A stretch of 57,180 nt of DNA from Octopus bimaculoides (Eukaryota), in assembly GCF_001194135.2 (NCBI RefSeq), contig NC_068987.1, forward strand, positions 42,668,290-42,725,469. Reading direction: 5' to 3'. Shown one piece after another: positions 1 through 12,039 of this stretch (position 1 is the stretch's first letter; each line of letters opens with the position of its first letter). The translations under genes were made by a program, and so were the position numbers. The notes under the pieces were generated by a model, which was given only the letters and a program-made list of their open reading frames with translations, searched no databases and was not told where the DNA came from.

Positions 1-229
1 TTGCTAAACCCTAAATTTTTAATTATGTTTATATTTACCGATAATGGTTTTTTAACACACCAAACTACTTGGTAAAATTACTAATTATTAATTAATTAAT
101 AATTTTTACCCTATATCTATATGAATATATATTTATATATATATATATATAATTCGATAATATTCACAACACTAGTGTGGCTTGTTTGACCCTCTGCGAG
201 GGTTAAAGTCCTGAGATCAGCTTTCACCT

Positions 230-670
230 ATGTCTTCCTAGGTCTCCATCTTTTGTAAATTCTATCCACATTTAGTGATTAACACCTCTTTAAACAGGTA
301 TCCTCATTCATATGCATCACATGTCCATACCAGTACACTCTTCTTTCTTGCACACTACATCTGATTCCTCATATCTCCAGTTTTTCCCTGAATACATTTG
401 TATTTTGTCATTCGTGCACATTTACATTTTTACATTGAACAGAGCATGCTTACTTAATTTTTTTCTAGTCTTCTCAAGTCTTCTGCAATCAAGGACCATG
501 TGTCACTACCATGTAGCATTGGAGTTCTAACACAACCATCATATAATCTGCACTTCACTTCAAGGCAAAAGGCTTTTCTTGTCAGCAAGTACTGGGAGCT
601 GTTTAATCTTTTTCCAACTTGGTTATTATACATTTGGAGCAACAACCTTCTCTGCTAATTACGTCTCCAA
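230..670 (-). mobile_element. RTE LINE fragment (RT C-terminal region)
   Basis: ORF 454-645: KCRLYDGCVRTPMLHGSDTWSLIAEDLRRLEKN, homologous to the other RTE copies in the window. Confidence 0.8.
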
Positions 671-1148
671 GGTACAAAAGCTATTGGTTACATCTAGTGA
701 GTCATCTCGGTATTTAACTGCTAAGCATATTTTATAAAAATGAGACTACCATGCACACATAAAAAACAAAAGCTAGTTAAAATATCTTCTTAGTATATAA
801 TAGTGGCAAGTTTTACATCATCTGAAAAGCCATTAGTTGAACTATTAGTCGTCTTGCATTCTGAGCGTTTGAGTGATATTAGACCCCAACAAACATCCAT
901 AAATTAAATGCATCTATCTGGGTCAGGATCATGACCTGTTGATCTGTGCCTGATGGCCATGATTGTGGCCCATTGCGCTTTATGTGTTAAGAGAATGTAT
1001 TTCTGGTGTGCTCACTTTATGTACTGCTCTTATGCATCTGTCACACCTGGGGCTTAATTTCTCTGTTAGTTTGCTTGTGATTCCACTACGCCTCTTGTGT
1101 GATATGAGCGAGTATTTTAGCTATCAATTTTGTGATTATCTTCTTCAG

Positions 1149-1303
1149 GTATGGCTAAAAAGATTGGAATGTTAAAAATTGCTCATGACAAATACAAAAC
1201 TCCCAGGAAAGACTCTGATCCAATTATCACAGATTTCCTGTCATCATTTGAGTCCTGCAAAGAGTACAACAAAGAAATAGAACCCTTATTATCAAAGACT
1301 CAG
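1149..1303 (+). CDS. POLR3A: RNA polymerase III largest subunit, internal exon (first in window; phase 1 start, phase 0 end)
   Basis: ttcag|GT ATG GCT AAA ... ACT CAG|gtaat. Encodes (G)MAKKIGMLKIAHDKYKTPRKDSDPIITDFLSSFESCKEYNKEIEPLLSKTQ, matching RPC1 GTVKKCGLLKIIHEKYK...[23 protein letters not shown]. Confidence 0.93.
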
Positions 1304-1744
1304 GTAATGTGCAAAATTCTTTTATTTTACCTTCAAAACTTCCTTGTTTTTATTGTAGTAATGATTTCTATGGTTGTATGTATGAATATAGTTGTGAAAT
1401 CATAGCAACATATAAAAGAATGCATAATAGAATATCTAATGGAATAGTTAGAATAAGAGAATATTTAATAGAATAGTTGAATCATCACCATCTAATATCT
1501 GTCTTCCATGCTGGTGTGGGTTGGATGCTTTTACATGATCTAATGAGCCAGAAACTCCAGTGTCTACTTTGGCATGATTTCTATAGCTGGATGTCCTTCC
1601 TAATGCTAATCACTTTCCAGAATGTACTGGGCGTTTTTTTTCGCGACACCAACACTAGGGAAGTCACCAAGTAACTTGCAAGACAAAGAAGAAGCAGCCT
1701 CCTGGAGGGAGTTGCTTTATGCCAGGTGTTAGGATTCTAAAATA

Positions 1745-1995
1745 TTGGGTTATCCCATAAATAATGCATTTTTTTTTATATTTCATTTATTTTTCAAAAT
1801 TAGGATAATCAAACTTTTTTTTAAATTTAAAATATACTCTCCTTCATTTTCTACAATGCTCTTCCATCTATCTGGTAGACTTGCAAAGCTCCTCTTCCAA
1901 AACTCACTTGTCCGTGATGAAAAATACTCCTCCAATACTGTACTGACCTCATCTACAGAATTCATATTTTTTCTGTCCAAATGATTTTGAAGACT
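1745..1995 (-). mobile_element. Mariner transposon, 3' part with terminal inverted repeat
   Basis: SLQNHLD...EEYFSSRTSEFWKRSFASLPDRWKSIVENEGEYI (mariner C-terminus), followed by TA plus a putative TIR TTGGGTTATCCCATAAATAATGC at 1745. Confidence 0.85.
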
Positions 1996-4961
1996 CCCCT
2001 TCCTCCACCACTCCACCCTATATAAACTAGCATTTTAATAACTCTGCTGAAAGAATACAAACCCAGAAGATGCTCAGATGAGAAATTTTGTTTTTCAACC
2101 TCGTACATCTACTCCTCTATTTCTGCACAGATCATAAACCCCTTATTAGTTCTTTTCAATATTCTATCTATGTCATTACCAGGTAAACATAGTTTCAATT
2201 TCCTCGCTGTTGTCTTAAGACAAACTTAAGTTCCTTCACGCATATTCACTATTCGTCACCTATTCATTTATTCAAGTTTGTCACATCGTCACTTATTTCT
2301 CTAATTTTGTCACAGATTGGCTGACCGAAAATTCTAAGATTTTTCAATTCTATTTCACTATTATCAGCATTTGCTGTTTCATTAAATTCTGTTATCCAAA
2401 ATCCCAAAAGAATATTTTTCTCTCTCGTGTTCTATCCCTGACTACCCTAACTCTGGCCCCCTCTCTCTGTGCCTCACTCTGTCTCTCTCTCTCAGTTTTG
2501 ATTACCACTTGCTTTGCAACACTTCCCCCTCCTCCACCACCCCACCCTATATAAACTAGCGCATGCACTTGGATTCCTCTACTCCATTTTAATAACTTCC
2601 CCGAAAGAATATGAATCCAGAAGATGCTCTAGTTTAATTTTGCTATTTCGCAGTATACCCACCCTCCCACCTCATGAACACTTCTAAAGTCTTAACGCCA
2701 TCCCCACCCTTACTTAAGGTTTATCTCCTATGTAAGGTAGTGATCATATACTGCATAAAAATGATGGTGTAGTGTATGCAGGTTGAAGGGTATTGTTTGT
2801 TTATGAATTCTGCCAAATACGAGCTTTCTTTTCAGGTACATGACGCCACTGTCCCGCATCCCAGGGTCTCACAGGCCCACATCTCCCACACCCTCATAGT
2901 TGGCACACTCAACATGGGTACACTGAAAGGTAGGTCTGGTGAGATTGTTGAAATGCTTGAATGGAGACGTGTAGATTTGTGCTACCTCCAAGAAGTAAGG
3001 TGGAGAGGAGGTTCTGCTAGGTTCCTCACAGGCAAAGAACATAGGTATAAGATTTTCTTGGCAGGGAATACTGATGGGGTCAGGAGCGTGGGTATGCTTC
3101 TTGCAGAGAAATAGGTTGATAATGTAATCGAGGCAGTGAGAGTCTGTGATAGAATACCTAAGACTAAATTAATGCTGCAACATGGTTTAGCAACCATTAT
3201 CTCGGCCTATGCCCCTCAGCCGGGGCTACCTGATGAACCGAAAGACCGATTTTATGGCACCCTCTTGCAGAATACCTTGTCGATGAATGACAAGGACCTT
3301 CTCTTTGTGGCTGGCGACTTCAATGGACATGTTGGACAACATGCAGGGAGCTTACATGGAGGCTATGGTTTTGGTTCCTGCAATGAGGAGGGAACCGGGC
3401 TGCTGGAGTTTGGTGATGCAAATGATCTTATGGTTTGCGATACTAACTTCAGGAAACCTGCCAGTCACCCAGTCACCGTTCTGGCAGACACCCTAGCCAA
3501 ATTGACTGCATCCTTGCCAGGAAAAGGGAAAGATGGCTGCTTAGAAATGCCAAAACCTTCCCAGGCGAAGAATGAACCCCACAACGTAGTTACTGACTTC
3601 AGGATCAGGGCTAAATGGATGCCCAGAAGACGACCAGCATGGAGGAGAAGGGTCTGGAAGCTTAAAGATCCTGCGAATGGACAGAGATTTAGAGACATAT
3701 TACTTGAAACCTTTGACGAAATAGAAAGGAATATAGCGTCACATGATGTGGAAGACAACTGGAGGTTTCTACAGGATAACCTGCTGAGGGCCACTGACCA
3801 GGTCTGTGGATGTGCAAAGTCCTCTCTCGACCCAAGGAAACATGGTGGTGGAACAATGTTGTTGACAGGGCTATTAGGGAAAAGAAGCAGGACTGGAAGA
3901 ACAGTGGTAGCAGGGAATTGTATCAGACTGCCAGAAGGGAAGCTAGGAGACAGGTTTATTTAGCCAGAGAGGAAGCAAATAAGGAAAAATTTGCCAATGT
4001 TATGTGCTGTGAGGACCAAAGACTTGAGGTATTTCATGTTGCAAGACAGTGTGTAATAGAGAATCATAATGTTGTAGGAGAGAAATGTGTCTGCATGGAT
4101 GATAGTTCACTTGCACTAAACAAGGCTGCAAACAGAGGTTTGGAGACGCTGCTATGAAAGGTTGCTAAATAAAAAGAATGAACTGCCGATCCAACAGAAG
4201 GACCAGCTATCTGAATTGACAGTACCTTGGTAGATAAAGAAATTCAGGGTATGAAGACAGGGAAAGCCCCTGGCCCATCAGGAATAAACCGCAGAGATGC
4301 TCAAAGTATCTGGTAGTGTTGGCTATAGCCTAGTCACCCGTATAGTTAACCAGGTGATACAAGAACGAGTCATACCCAATGACTGGTGTAGCAGCACCAC
4401 AGTCAGCTGCTACAAAGGTAAAGGTGACGCTTTAGATACAAATAATTGCAGAGGTATCAAGTTGTTGGATCAGGTACTGAAGATCACGGAGAGAGTCATA
4501 GCCCAACTAATTAGGGAGAGAGTCAGTCTAGATGAGATGCAGTTTGGGTTTGTGCCAGGGAAAAGCAGCACTGATGCTATATTTCTGGTAAGACAGCTGC
4601 AAGAGAAATACCTAGCCAAGGATAAACCTCTGTACCTGGCTTTCGTTAACATGGCACGTGAAAAACAACATTCGAGCATGGTCGTTGCCAGTGCCACCAG
4701 ACTGGCTCCCGTGCAGGTAGCACGTAAAAACACCTTTTAAACGTGGTCGTTGCCAGAACTGCCTGACTGGCCCTTGTGCCGGTGGCACGTAAAAGCACCC
4801 ACTACATTCTCGGAGTGGTTGGCATTAGGAAGGGCATCCAGCTGTAGAAACTTTGCCAGATCAGATTGAACCTGGTGCAGCCTCTGGCTCACCAGTCCTC
4901 AGTCAAACCGTCCAACCCATGCCAGCATGGAAAGTGGACATTAAACGATGATGATGATGAT
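1996..4961 (+). mobile_element. Near full-length degenerate RTE LINE nested in the mariner
   Basis: Long 5' UTR with a duplicated monomer; APE endonuclease (GTLNMGTLKG, YAPQ, GDFNGHVG); RT N-part (KAPGPSGI, CYKGKGDALD, QFGFVPGKSSTDAIF) with an internal deletion; 3' UTR ending in (GAT)n. Confidence 0.92.
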
Positions 4962-5752
4962 GTGGTATAAATGATAATCAGATGAGGCAATGTCCAGTGA
5001 ATATGGTGGGTGGGGCATTGTTTCTCATTCAAACTGCTCCAGCCTTTGGAATGTCATCCTCGCTGTATGTGGCTGAGCATTATCCTGATGGAAGAACACC
5101 TTTTGTCTTGAAACCAAAGATGGTTGTTTTTCTTCTAGTGCTGACTTAAGTTGCTCAAGCTGTGCACAGTAAATCTCTTTTGTTATTGTTTGGTTTGGGT
5201 TTAGATGTTCAAAGTGGACTAAACCTCTCAGATCCCACCAAACAGATAACAACACCTTATGTGGGTGAAGACTTTCTTTAATCTGGGGTATCTGTGTTTC
5301 TCCTTTCCCTACCAGCTGTCTTTGGTGCTTGACATTTTTATAGAGAACCCATTTCTCGTCACCAGTCACTATTCAGTCTAAAAAAGGTTCATTCGTGAGA
5401 CGTGACAGCAAAGAAGAGCACACATTCACTCTCTGTGTGCAAGAAAGTTTGGGAGGAACCCATTGATCCAATTTGCTGACTTTTTTGATGGCACACAGGT
5501 GTTGATGAATGGTTGAATGACCAAATCCAAGCTTCTCTGCTAGTTCTTCAACAGTTATGATGGGATTTTGTTCCACCAGGGTTTGCATGATGTCCTTGTT
5601 GAGCTCTACAGGATAAGGCTTGTCTTCTAGGCTGTAGTTTCTGGCTTGGAATTTCTGGAACCAATGTTGACATTGGCTTACACTTATTGTTCAATCCCCA
5701 TATAGTGCATTAATATTCCTAGCGTTTCCGTTGCGTTGTTGCTTTTATTGTA
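4962..5752 (-). mobile_element. Mariner transposon, 5' and central part (HTH plus DD34D transposase, degenerate)
   Basis: ORFs with TVEELAEKLGFGHSTIHQHL, MTGDEKWVLY, HQDNAQPH and PHPPYSLDIASSDYHLY. Reading continues across the LINE into SLQNHLD at 1995. Confidence 0.9.
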
Positions 5753-6302
5753 TCTCAGTGTATATATATGTGCATATGGATACGTATATATATGTGTATG
5801 TATATATATGTTCTTGTACATATATAAATTTTTATAATTTTATTCATACTTTATATATGAATATTTCATTTTTTAATTAGCTATAAACTTATCTTATTTG
5901 TGTTTAACTTTCTTCCATCATCTCTATTTACTTTATTTATTTATCTGTAATCAACCTGTAAACTCCTTGCCCGAGGATATAACAATACAAATCATAAACC
6001 GTAACATTCAGTCTGCTAAAAGGAATTCACAAACATGCATATAGCATCTAAAGGTACATCTGTTTTCCTCTGATGATATTATGCTCATATCGCATAAATG
6101 TAAATTTGCTGTTAATAATAAGCAATTATTAACTTCCCAATCTCCAATTTCTTCTTTTAAATGAATATAAACTATATGTTTTTATATATTCCTATTATTT
6201 TAAGGAAATTCATTCCCTAATGAATACCAGGTATTGAACCAATATTTCCTTGGATAAAACCATCCCTTCATGAGATTAACACAAGCCCTAATTAAATTTA
6301 TA

Positions 6303-6336
<34 letters not shown>

Positions 6337-6345
6337 NNNNNNNNN

Positions 6346-6592
6346 NTAACCACAACATCCCCCACACAAACAACTATAACAACAACAACAACAACAATTA
6401 TAACAATAACAACAGCAGTGACAATAACAATAATAGCCGCAACACCCCACACACAGACACCAAAGCAACCACATCACCCACACTGCCACCAACACCGGCA
6501 CTACCCACAACAATAACAATAATAACAATGAACATAACACCACCACCACCACCACCACCACCACCACCAACAACAACAACAATGTTGGCAAC
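6346..6592. repeat. Compound (AAC)n/(AAT)n/(CAC)n microsatellite
   Basis: Directly visible trinucleotide runs following (TA)n and a gap. Confidence 0.9.
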
Positions 6593-6699
6593 CTGCACTC
6601 TGTCTTCTATAAAACCAACAACAATCTTCTTAGGCTATACAGGTTATGTAAGGACCATAAACACTACATAAAACCTGTTATGGGGCCTCCAACCCAGCC

Positions 6700-8190
6700 A
6701 GTTTGCAGAGCGAATATCCCCAGCAATTATAGGCTATCCTTCTTCCTCTCACAGGTGTTATGACCATTCATTGAAATGTCCCTGGATGTCTGTGTGAGCA
6801 CAGAGGATCTGAGTAGAATCACTGATTGCAACCACTCCAATGACCTTGAAGGTTGTATAGTGGGTTGTGTAGTTATGTATGGATGTAGTTTCACTCTACC
6901 CACCTATAGAAATAGGTTTTGCTGTGGAAAAATGCACTGAGATTATCTGTGAGAGTGAAGTAGAGTTCACAAGGGAACTGGGCCTCCTCCTTAAACTAAG
7001 CTACGACTGTAACTACCTAGACAACCGTGACCTTAGTAGATTCTAACCCACTAGGTCACATTGGCGAAAGCCACCCACCATCACCTCAGCCGTGAAGAAA
7101 AAGCACCACATAGTGTTGGAGTGGCTGGACCATACAACAGAACCCTGAGAACAGCAATCAGGTGAAAAAAATGATCGCACATTCAGTAGGGGCTAGCATA
7201 AGAACCACCTTGAAGAACCACATAGTAAAGGTTAAATAGGAAACTATACATGCAGGTTCAAGGTGCAGCCATTGGTGTCAGTGTGGCTAGATATGTGACT
7301 GGCTGCTTCATGACTTGGTGGGACAGAAAACTTAAACAATTCTTAGTTGAACAATCCACAACTGTTTTGCTTTACTGTAGATGACATTAATATTCTAGTT
7401 GGGACAAACTCTAGTAATTGTAATGTAGAAACCGAGAGGAGCATAATAAAGAGCATCCAGCATGTAGCTAACTTCATCCACCAAAGTATCAAGGTAACTA
7501 TAGATTACCCCACTAGGCACCTAAACAATAGACTCTCTGTCCTTGATACTGAACTTTGGTTATAGACTGTAAACAACAGTGCAGCTCTTCCACTCCTATT
7601 ACATGAAGCCCGTAGCTTTTAAATATGTTGTTCACAAGAACTCAGTGTTGTCACGCAACATGAAAATCAACATACTGATAGCAGATTTAGTTAGGATAAT
7701 GTCCCCCCCTATGTGAATCCTACGAAACAAGGAAACATGTACAGAACTTCATGCACCACATGCAATTCTCTGGATATAACCAGAAAGATAGGATTTCAGG
7801 TCTACAGGGGAACTAGAAAGAAGTCAGATGGCATTATATGTAATGAAACCAGTGGTGCCTGCCATAGATACAGAGGTAAAGACTGGAATAGGATACAGAG
7901 AGTTTGTGACAGAGCAAACAGGGTGAACACATGGTACAAGGCCGACAAATGTCAAGGAGTGATGTTTGTAGCGGCCATAGCCCATGAGGAACTAGCTTGT
8001 AGATTTAGGAAAACTCTGAAGGAGACCAAACTAAACATTAAGATCGTTGAAAAGCCAGAGAGCTCCATCAGCTCACAGTTATGTAGGACGTACTCCTTTG
8101 AGAATACCACATGCACCAATGAGAACTGCATGGTATGTAAGATTAACCCTAGCATTAACTGTAGAACTAGAAATGTAGTCTACAGCATAA
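6700..8190 (+). mobile_element. Penelope-like element, family A (RT plus Cys-rich linker; Neptune-like), degenerate
   Basis: DVVSLYPPI (RT motif), GAAIGVSVA...MTWWDR, TVDDI, HQSIKVTIDYPTRH, YYMKP, then WYK...VMFVAA...KIVEKP...C.NENCMVC...NCRTRNVVYSI. Confidence 0.8.
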
Positions 8191-8565
8191 GGTACTCACA
8201 GTATATACATACACTGGTAGATTTGTTAGTAGGCTGTTATGTAGATGAATAAATGAATAAGTAGGTAAACAAATAGGTAGGTAGATAGATAGGTACATAG
8301 GTAATTTGGACAGACAAGCACACACAAACACATACATACAAAAGAGGAAACAGAAACATGACCATATATACACATGCACATTCCACACAGAGGTATACAC
8401 ACACACACACAAACACAAACATGCACACACTGACACATGAATATGCAGAATGCATGCATACAAACGTACATATACGCATACGTATATATACACATACATA
8501 CATATGTGTATACACATGCACACTGACACACACATGTGCAAAAACAAACATACAAAAAGATGCTG
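8190..8565. repeat. Compound (TAGA)n/(CA)n/(TA)n microsatellite
   Basis: Directly visible; source of spurious Cys/Val/Tyr-rich ORFs. Confidence 0.9.
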
Positions 8566-8764
8566 CTCCGATAACAGAGTCAACAATTATTGAAAATGTT
8601 GCAAGAAGCAACAAAAATTTTAGAAAAAATAAATAAATGAGTGGAAATTGAACCAGTGAGTGTGTTAATTAATAAGGCATTAAGATAGAACGACTCTCCT
8701 CAGAAACAACAATATATATGTGTGTGTGTGTGTGTATTACAACAAAAAGTTAAATTCTGGTCAT

Positions 8765-8826
8765 AGAGTTACCAAAGGTTCCATATCCATGAAAGCCACA
8801 GACTTGTGGATAGCTTCTCAGACTCT
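8765..8826 (-). ncRNA. Degenerate type I hammerhead ribozyme motif in the family B terminal repeat
   Basis: AGAGT CTGAGAA gctatccac...atggatat GGAAC ctttg GTA ACTCT. Stem I AGAGT/ACTCT is intact; the core is mutated relative to CUGAUGA/GAAA. Confidence 0.5.
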
Positions 8827-10890
8827 ATACAAAGACAAAAAAAATTTAATGTTCTAATACGCGGATGTGAAGAAACACTCAGATGTTGAGATTTATTGGC
8901 TAACGTATAAAAATGTTAATAAAGATGTGTTATTTTCCCTGGACCAGAGGATAAAAAACGCTTACGAACCCGAAATAACCTAACCAGCAAATGGGGAGAA
9001 CCAAATTTCCAGTAGGCAGTGGACACATTTAGAGAAAACTTCTTAACGTCTATTTAATGTGCAAGGTTTAACGTAGTCCTTAAGAATTTTGGTTCTCTCT
9101 GTGATGCAGATTTTGTAATGGTTACTGTCACTAATATATATGGCTGGATGTTTTGTTATTTTCCACCTGATATCACATGGGATCCCTTGATCTTTGAGGT
9201 GCCACACATGGCTGGCCAGGGATGTGACAAAATGTCATTTTGGGTCTCTGAAGGATGACTGGTGCTTGTGGAAGCGATGTTTGAAAGATGCACTGGCTGA
9301 TCCAATATATTTAAAAACTTATGATGCGGCTATATTCGTACTCCTGGTATATCTCTGGAAGGCTCCAGGCCTGGGTATGCTGTTGATAACACCATTGCTG
9401 ATGTTGATATGGTGCAATGATCTGGCGGTGTTATCACCTTCATTATCATTTCTGGTCATATGGTTGGGTATGTAGCTGCCGGCATTAGTGTGGGTGCAGC
9501 TGATGGTAAAATATGGTGTGAGGCCGGTCATCTCACCAGTGTCGATGATAATAGTTTGGTCATTGTCTGTAGTGGTTGTACTGGGGTTGTTGGATACCTC
9601 CTCTGTGTTGCTTGTCCTGGATTGGTCATCATCTCTAGGTGTGGCGATTGTACTGGTAGTAACATATAGTGTGGGGCTGGTCACTCTGTTGGTGTCAATG
9701 ATAATGGTTTGTTTATCATCTGTAGCGGTGGTACTGAGATTGTTGGTTACCTCCTCTATGTTATTGGTCCCAGACTGGTCATCATCTCTGGCTGTGGCAA
9801 GTGTACTTACACAAGACCTGGTTAATCTGCTATTATTGCTGTTGAATGGTACATTGATGGTGATGCAGATAGCAGGTCTAGGTGTCACCGTAGCTTCATA
9901 GGTGACTCCTTTTGCCTCCTACTGGACAGTTAGTATATAACCTGCAAGAGCAATCTGCTTCCTCCTTTGTGTTGTGGGTGCTTGTTAAAATTCTTTTTAT
10001 GTTAGGTGCTCAACTGAAGGACGCTCTTAGATTGTGCCTGTTAAATAATTGCCTGTATCTATGCGTGCGTATGAAATGTTTCTCTATTAATCTAAGAAAA
10101 ATCCTTCCCACACAAGTCTTGACATTGAGCGAGAAGGGTGTAGCAAACCAAATAAGGTTTCTGCAGCGCTTCCTTTTCTGAGTGCTAGGGCCTGGCATGC
10201 AGGAGATGCTGTGTTAAACCCACTTGATGCCAGTGCCTCATTGTAGTAGGAGGCAGCGGCGTCGAAGATATCTTGGCTAGAGATCCTCTTGCTTACACCC
10301 TTCACTAAGTTCTTGAAAACTATAGGGGTAGGGGTGGCAGGAGGTTGAGCTAATATAGGACAGCTTCTTGTTTGGCTTGTGATAGGGCTTGTATCTAGGA
10401 AATCGACTGTGGTGAGATTAGTTTCAATAGTGATCTTGAGTCCCATTGAGCCTAGAGCACTAATTAGGTCTTTCTAAGTCTATCTAGTGTGTGCCCATTG
10501 ACCCCTCTAGAGATGGCTAGAGACCGAAGAGGACTGAGCGAAACCTCTTCCCTGAGATGTCCAGAATGTACAGTCTGATAAGATCGCAGACATCGGCGCT
10601 CTCATAGGCTCCTATAGCCACATTGAAGGAGCCCTTGGGGTCAGATTACTTGACCACATCAAATCTTTGTTGAACAGCACCATCTTCCTGGCATTCATGA
10701 TAATGCTAATATCACTATCACTAATACCTGTGATGTCTATAGCAAAGGAAAGAGCTTTCATCAACTCTTTTGAAATTGATGGATAGAAGTCAACAATATC
10801 TAACTTTGTAAACCTAACCCTGCCTCTCCCCCAGTTGGCAATAATACATGAGGTCACCTTATTGGTGCTGCGCCATAGAGGGAAGGTTAT

Positions 10891-11257
10891 GTAGTGGCTG
10901 TGTGGTATGTAGCTTGCTTACCAACCACATGGTTCTGGGTTCAGTCCCACTGCATGGCACCTTGGGCAAGTGTCTTCTACTATAACCTCGGGCCGACCAA
11001 AGCCTTGTGCGTGGATTTGGTAGACGGAAACTGAAAGAAGTCTGTCATATATATGTGTGTGTCTGTGTTTGTCCCCCACCCCAACATCGCTTGACAACCA
11101 ATGCTGGTGTGTTTACGTCCCCGTAACTTAGTGGTTTGGCAAAAGAGACGATAGAATAAGTACTAGGCTTACAAAGAATAAGGCCTGGGGTTGATTTGCT
11201 TGACTAAAGGTAGTGCTCCAGCATGGCCGCAGTCAAATGACTGAAACAAGTAAAGAG
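10891..11257 (+). mobile_element. tRNA-derived SINE (CORE-like centre) inserted into the Penelope RT
   Basis: tRNA-like head (gtggtatgtagc...gggttcagtccc), CCTTGGGCAAG core and (TG)n; many related copies in the window. Confidence 0.8.
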
Positions 11258-12039
11258 TATATACTTACTCACCTGGCCAATCTTGGATTTGGCTGGATTG
11301 ATCAGGTGACATTTGGGATTAGAGGCAAAATTCAGCTTGTGGTCCTTTAAAGTGATAAAAGCATTTCTCTTTTAGCCAAGATCTCTACTCTGTCTGCAAT
11401 ACCTAGGCTTATTGCTATCTGTTTAGCTTCACAGTTAATATTATTGTAAGTGTGTGGGGAAGTGCATCTATTTTTGTGTAATAGAATCATTTAAAAGCCT
11501 ATCATAAGTGTATGTGTTTTTCATGTATAAGTTCTTAGTCATATCCGAGAAGATTAAGGACCTGTTAGGGTTTCATATGTTTTTGTGTATCTTCATGATG
11601 CTTGCTTTGAAAAAGGGAAAAGGACTTACAGAATTTCAGCCTGGGTATTATGCCCAGTAGGTCCACTTCGAAGGCCTCAAGTTTCTTGATTCTAGGTGGG
11701 AATTTTCTAGATTTGATACCATATGTGTTGGCCTCGGAGGGTGTTGTGCTTTGATTATAAAAAAAAACGCCTTTCACCTCATGCACCTTATAAGTCCTAT
11801 CATTTTCTCCAGTAACATTTTCATATAGATCTCATTGGAAAGTGTTGGGATATTTTTTTTGCAGAATATTCAATATCAAAACATTCTATGTTTTTCTTGG
11901 GGTAGCAATTTATGATATGTAGAGGTGCAGGGTTTGGTACAGGTATCAAATGCAGACCATGTAGTGTGACCTTCATAAGACACTAATTCTGGTCATAGAG
12001 TTACCAAAGGTTTTGTATCCACGAAAGCCACAGGCTGAG

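Larger units (their letters stand above)
8737..12037 (-). mobile_element. Penelope-like element, family B, near full length and degenerate, with a direct partial terminal repeat
   Basis: TYGIKSRKFPP..FEVDLL; KLDIVDFYPSISKEL; GAYESADVCDLI; LKITIETNLTTVDFLD; RKRCRNLIWFATPFSLNVKT; CSC..CP; GIY-YIG C-half. 11985-12037 repeats the 3'-terminal sequence at 8755-8800. Confidence 0.9.

Noticed and set aside
870-1110. GC-richer intronic block upstream of exon 1149 as a possible snoRNA
   Set aside because: No clear C/D or H/ACA box pair could be identified.
6070-6125. CTGATGA followed by a hairpin, hammerhead-like
   Set aside because: No GAAA after the stem and no convincing stem I.
8167-8636. Cys/Val/Tyr/His-rich ORFs (also 6270-6671, 28791-29323, 56400-56954)
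   Set aside because: Translations of CA/TA/AAC microsatellites with no coding signal.
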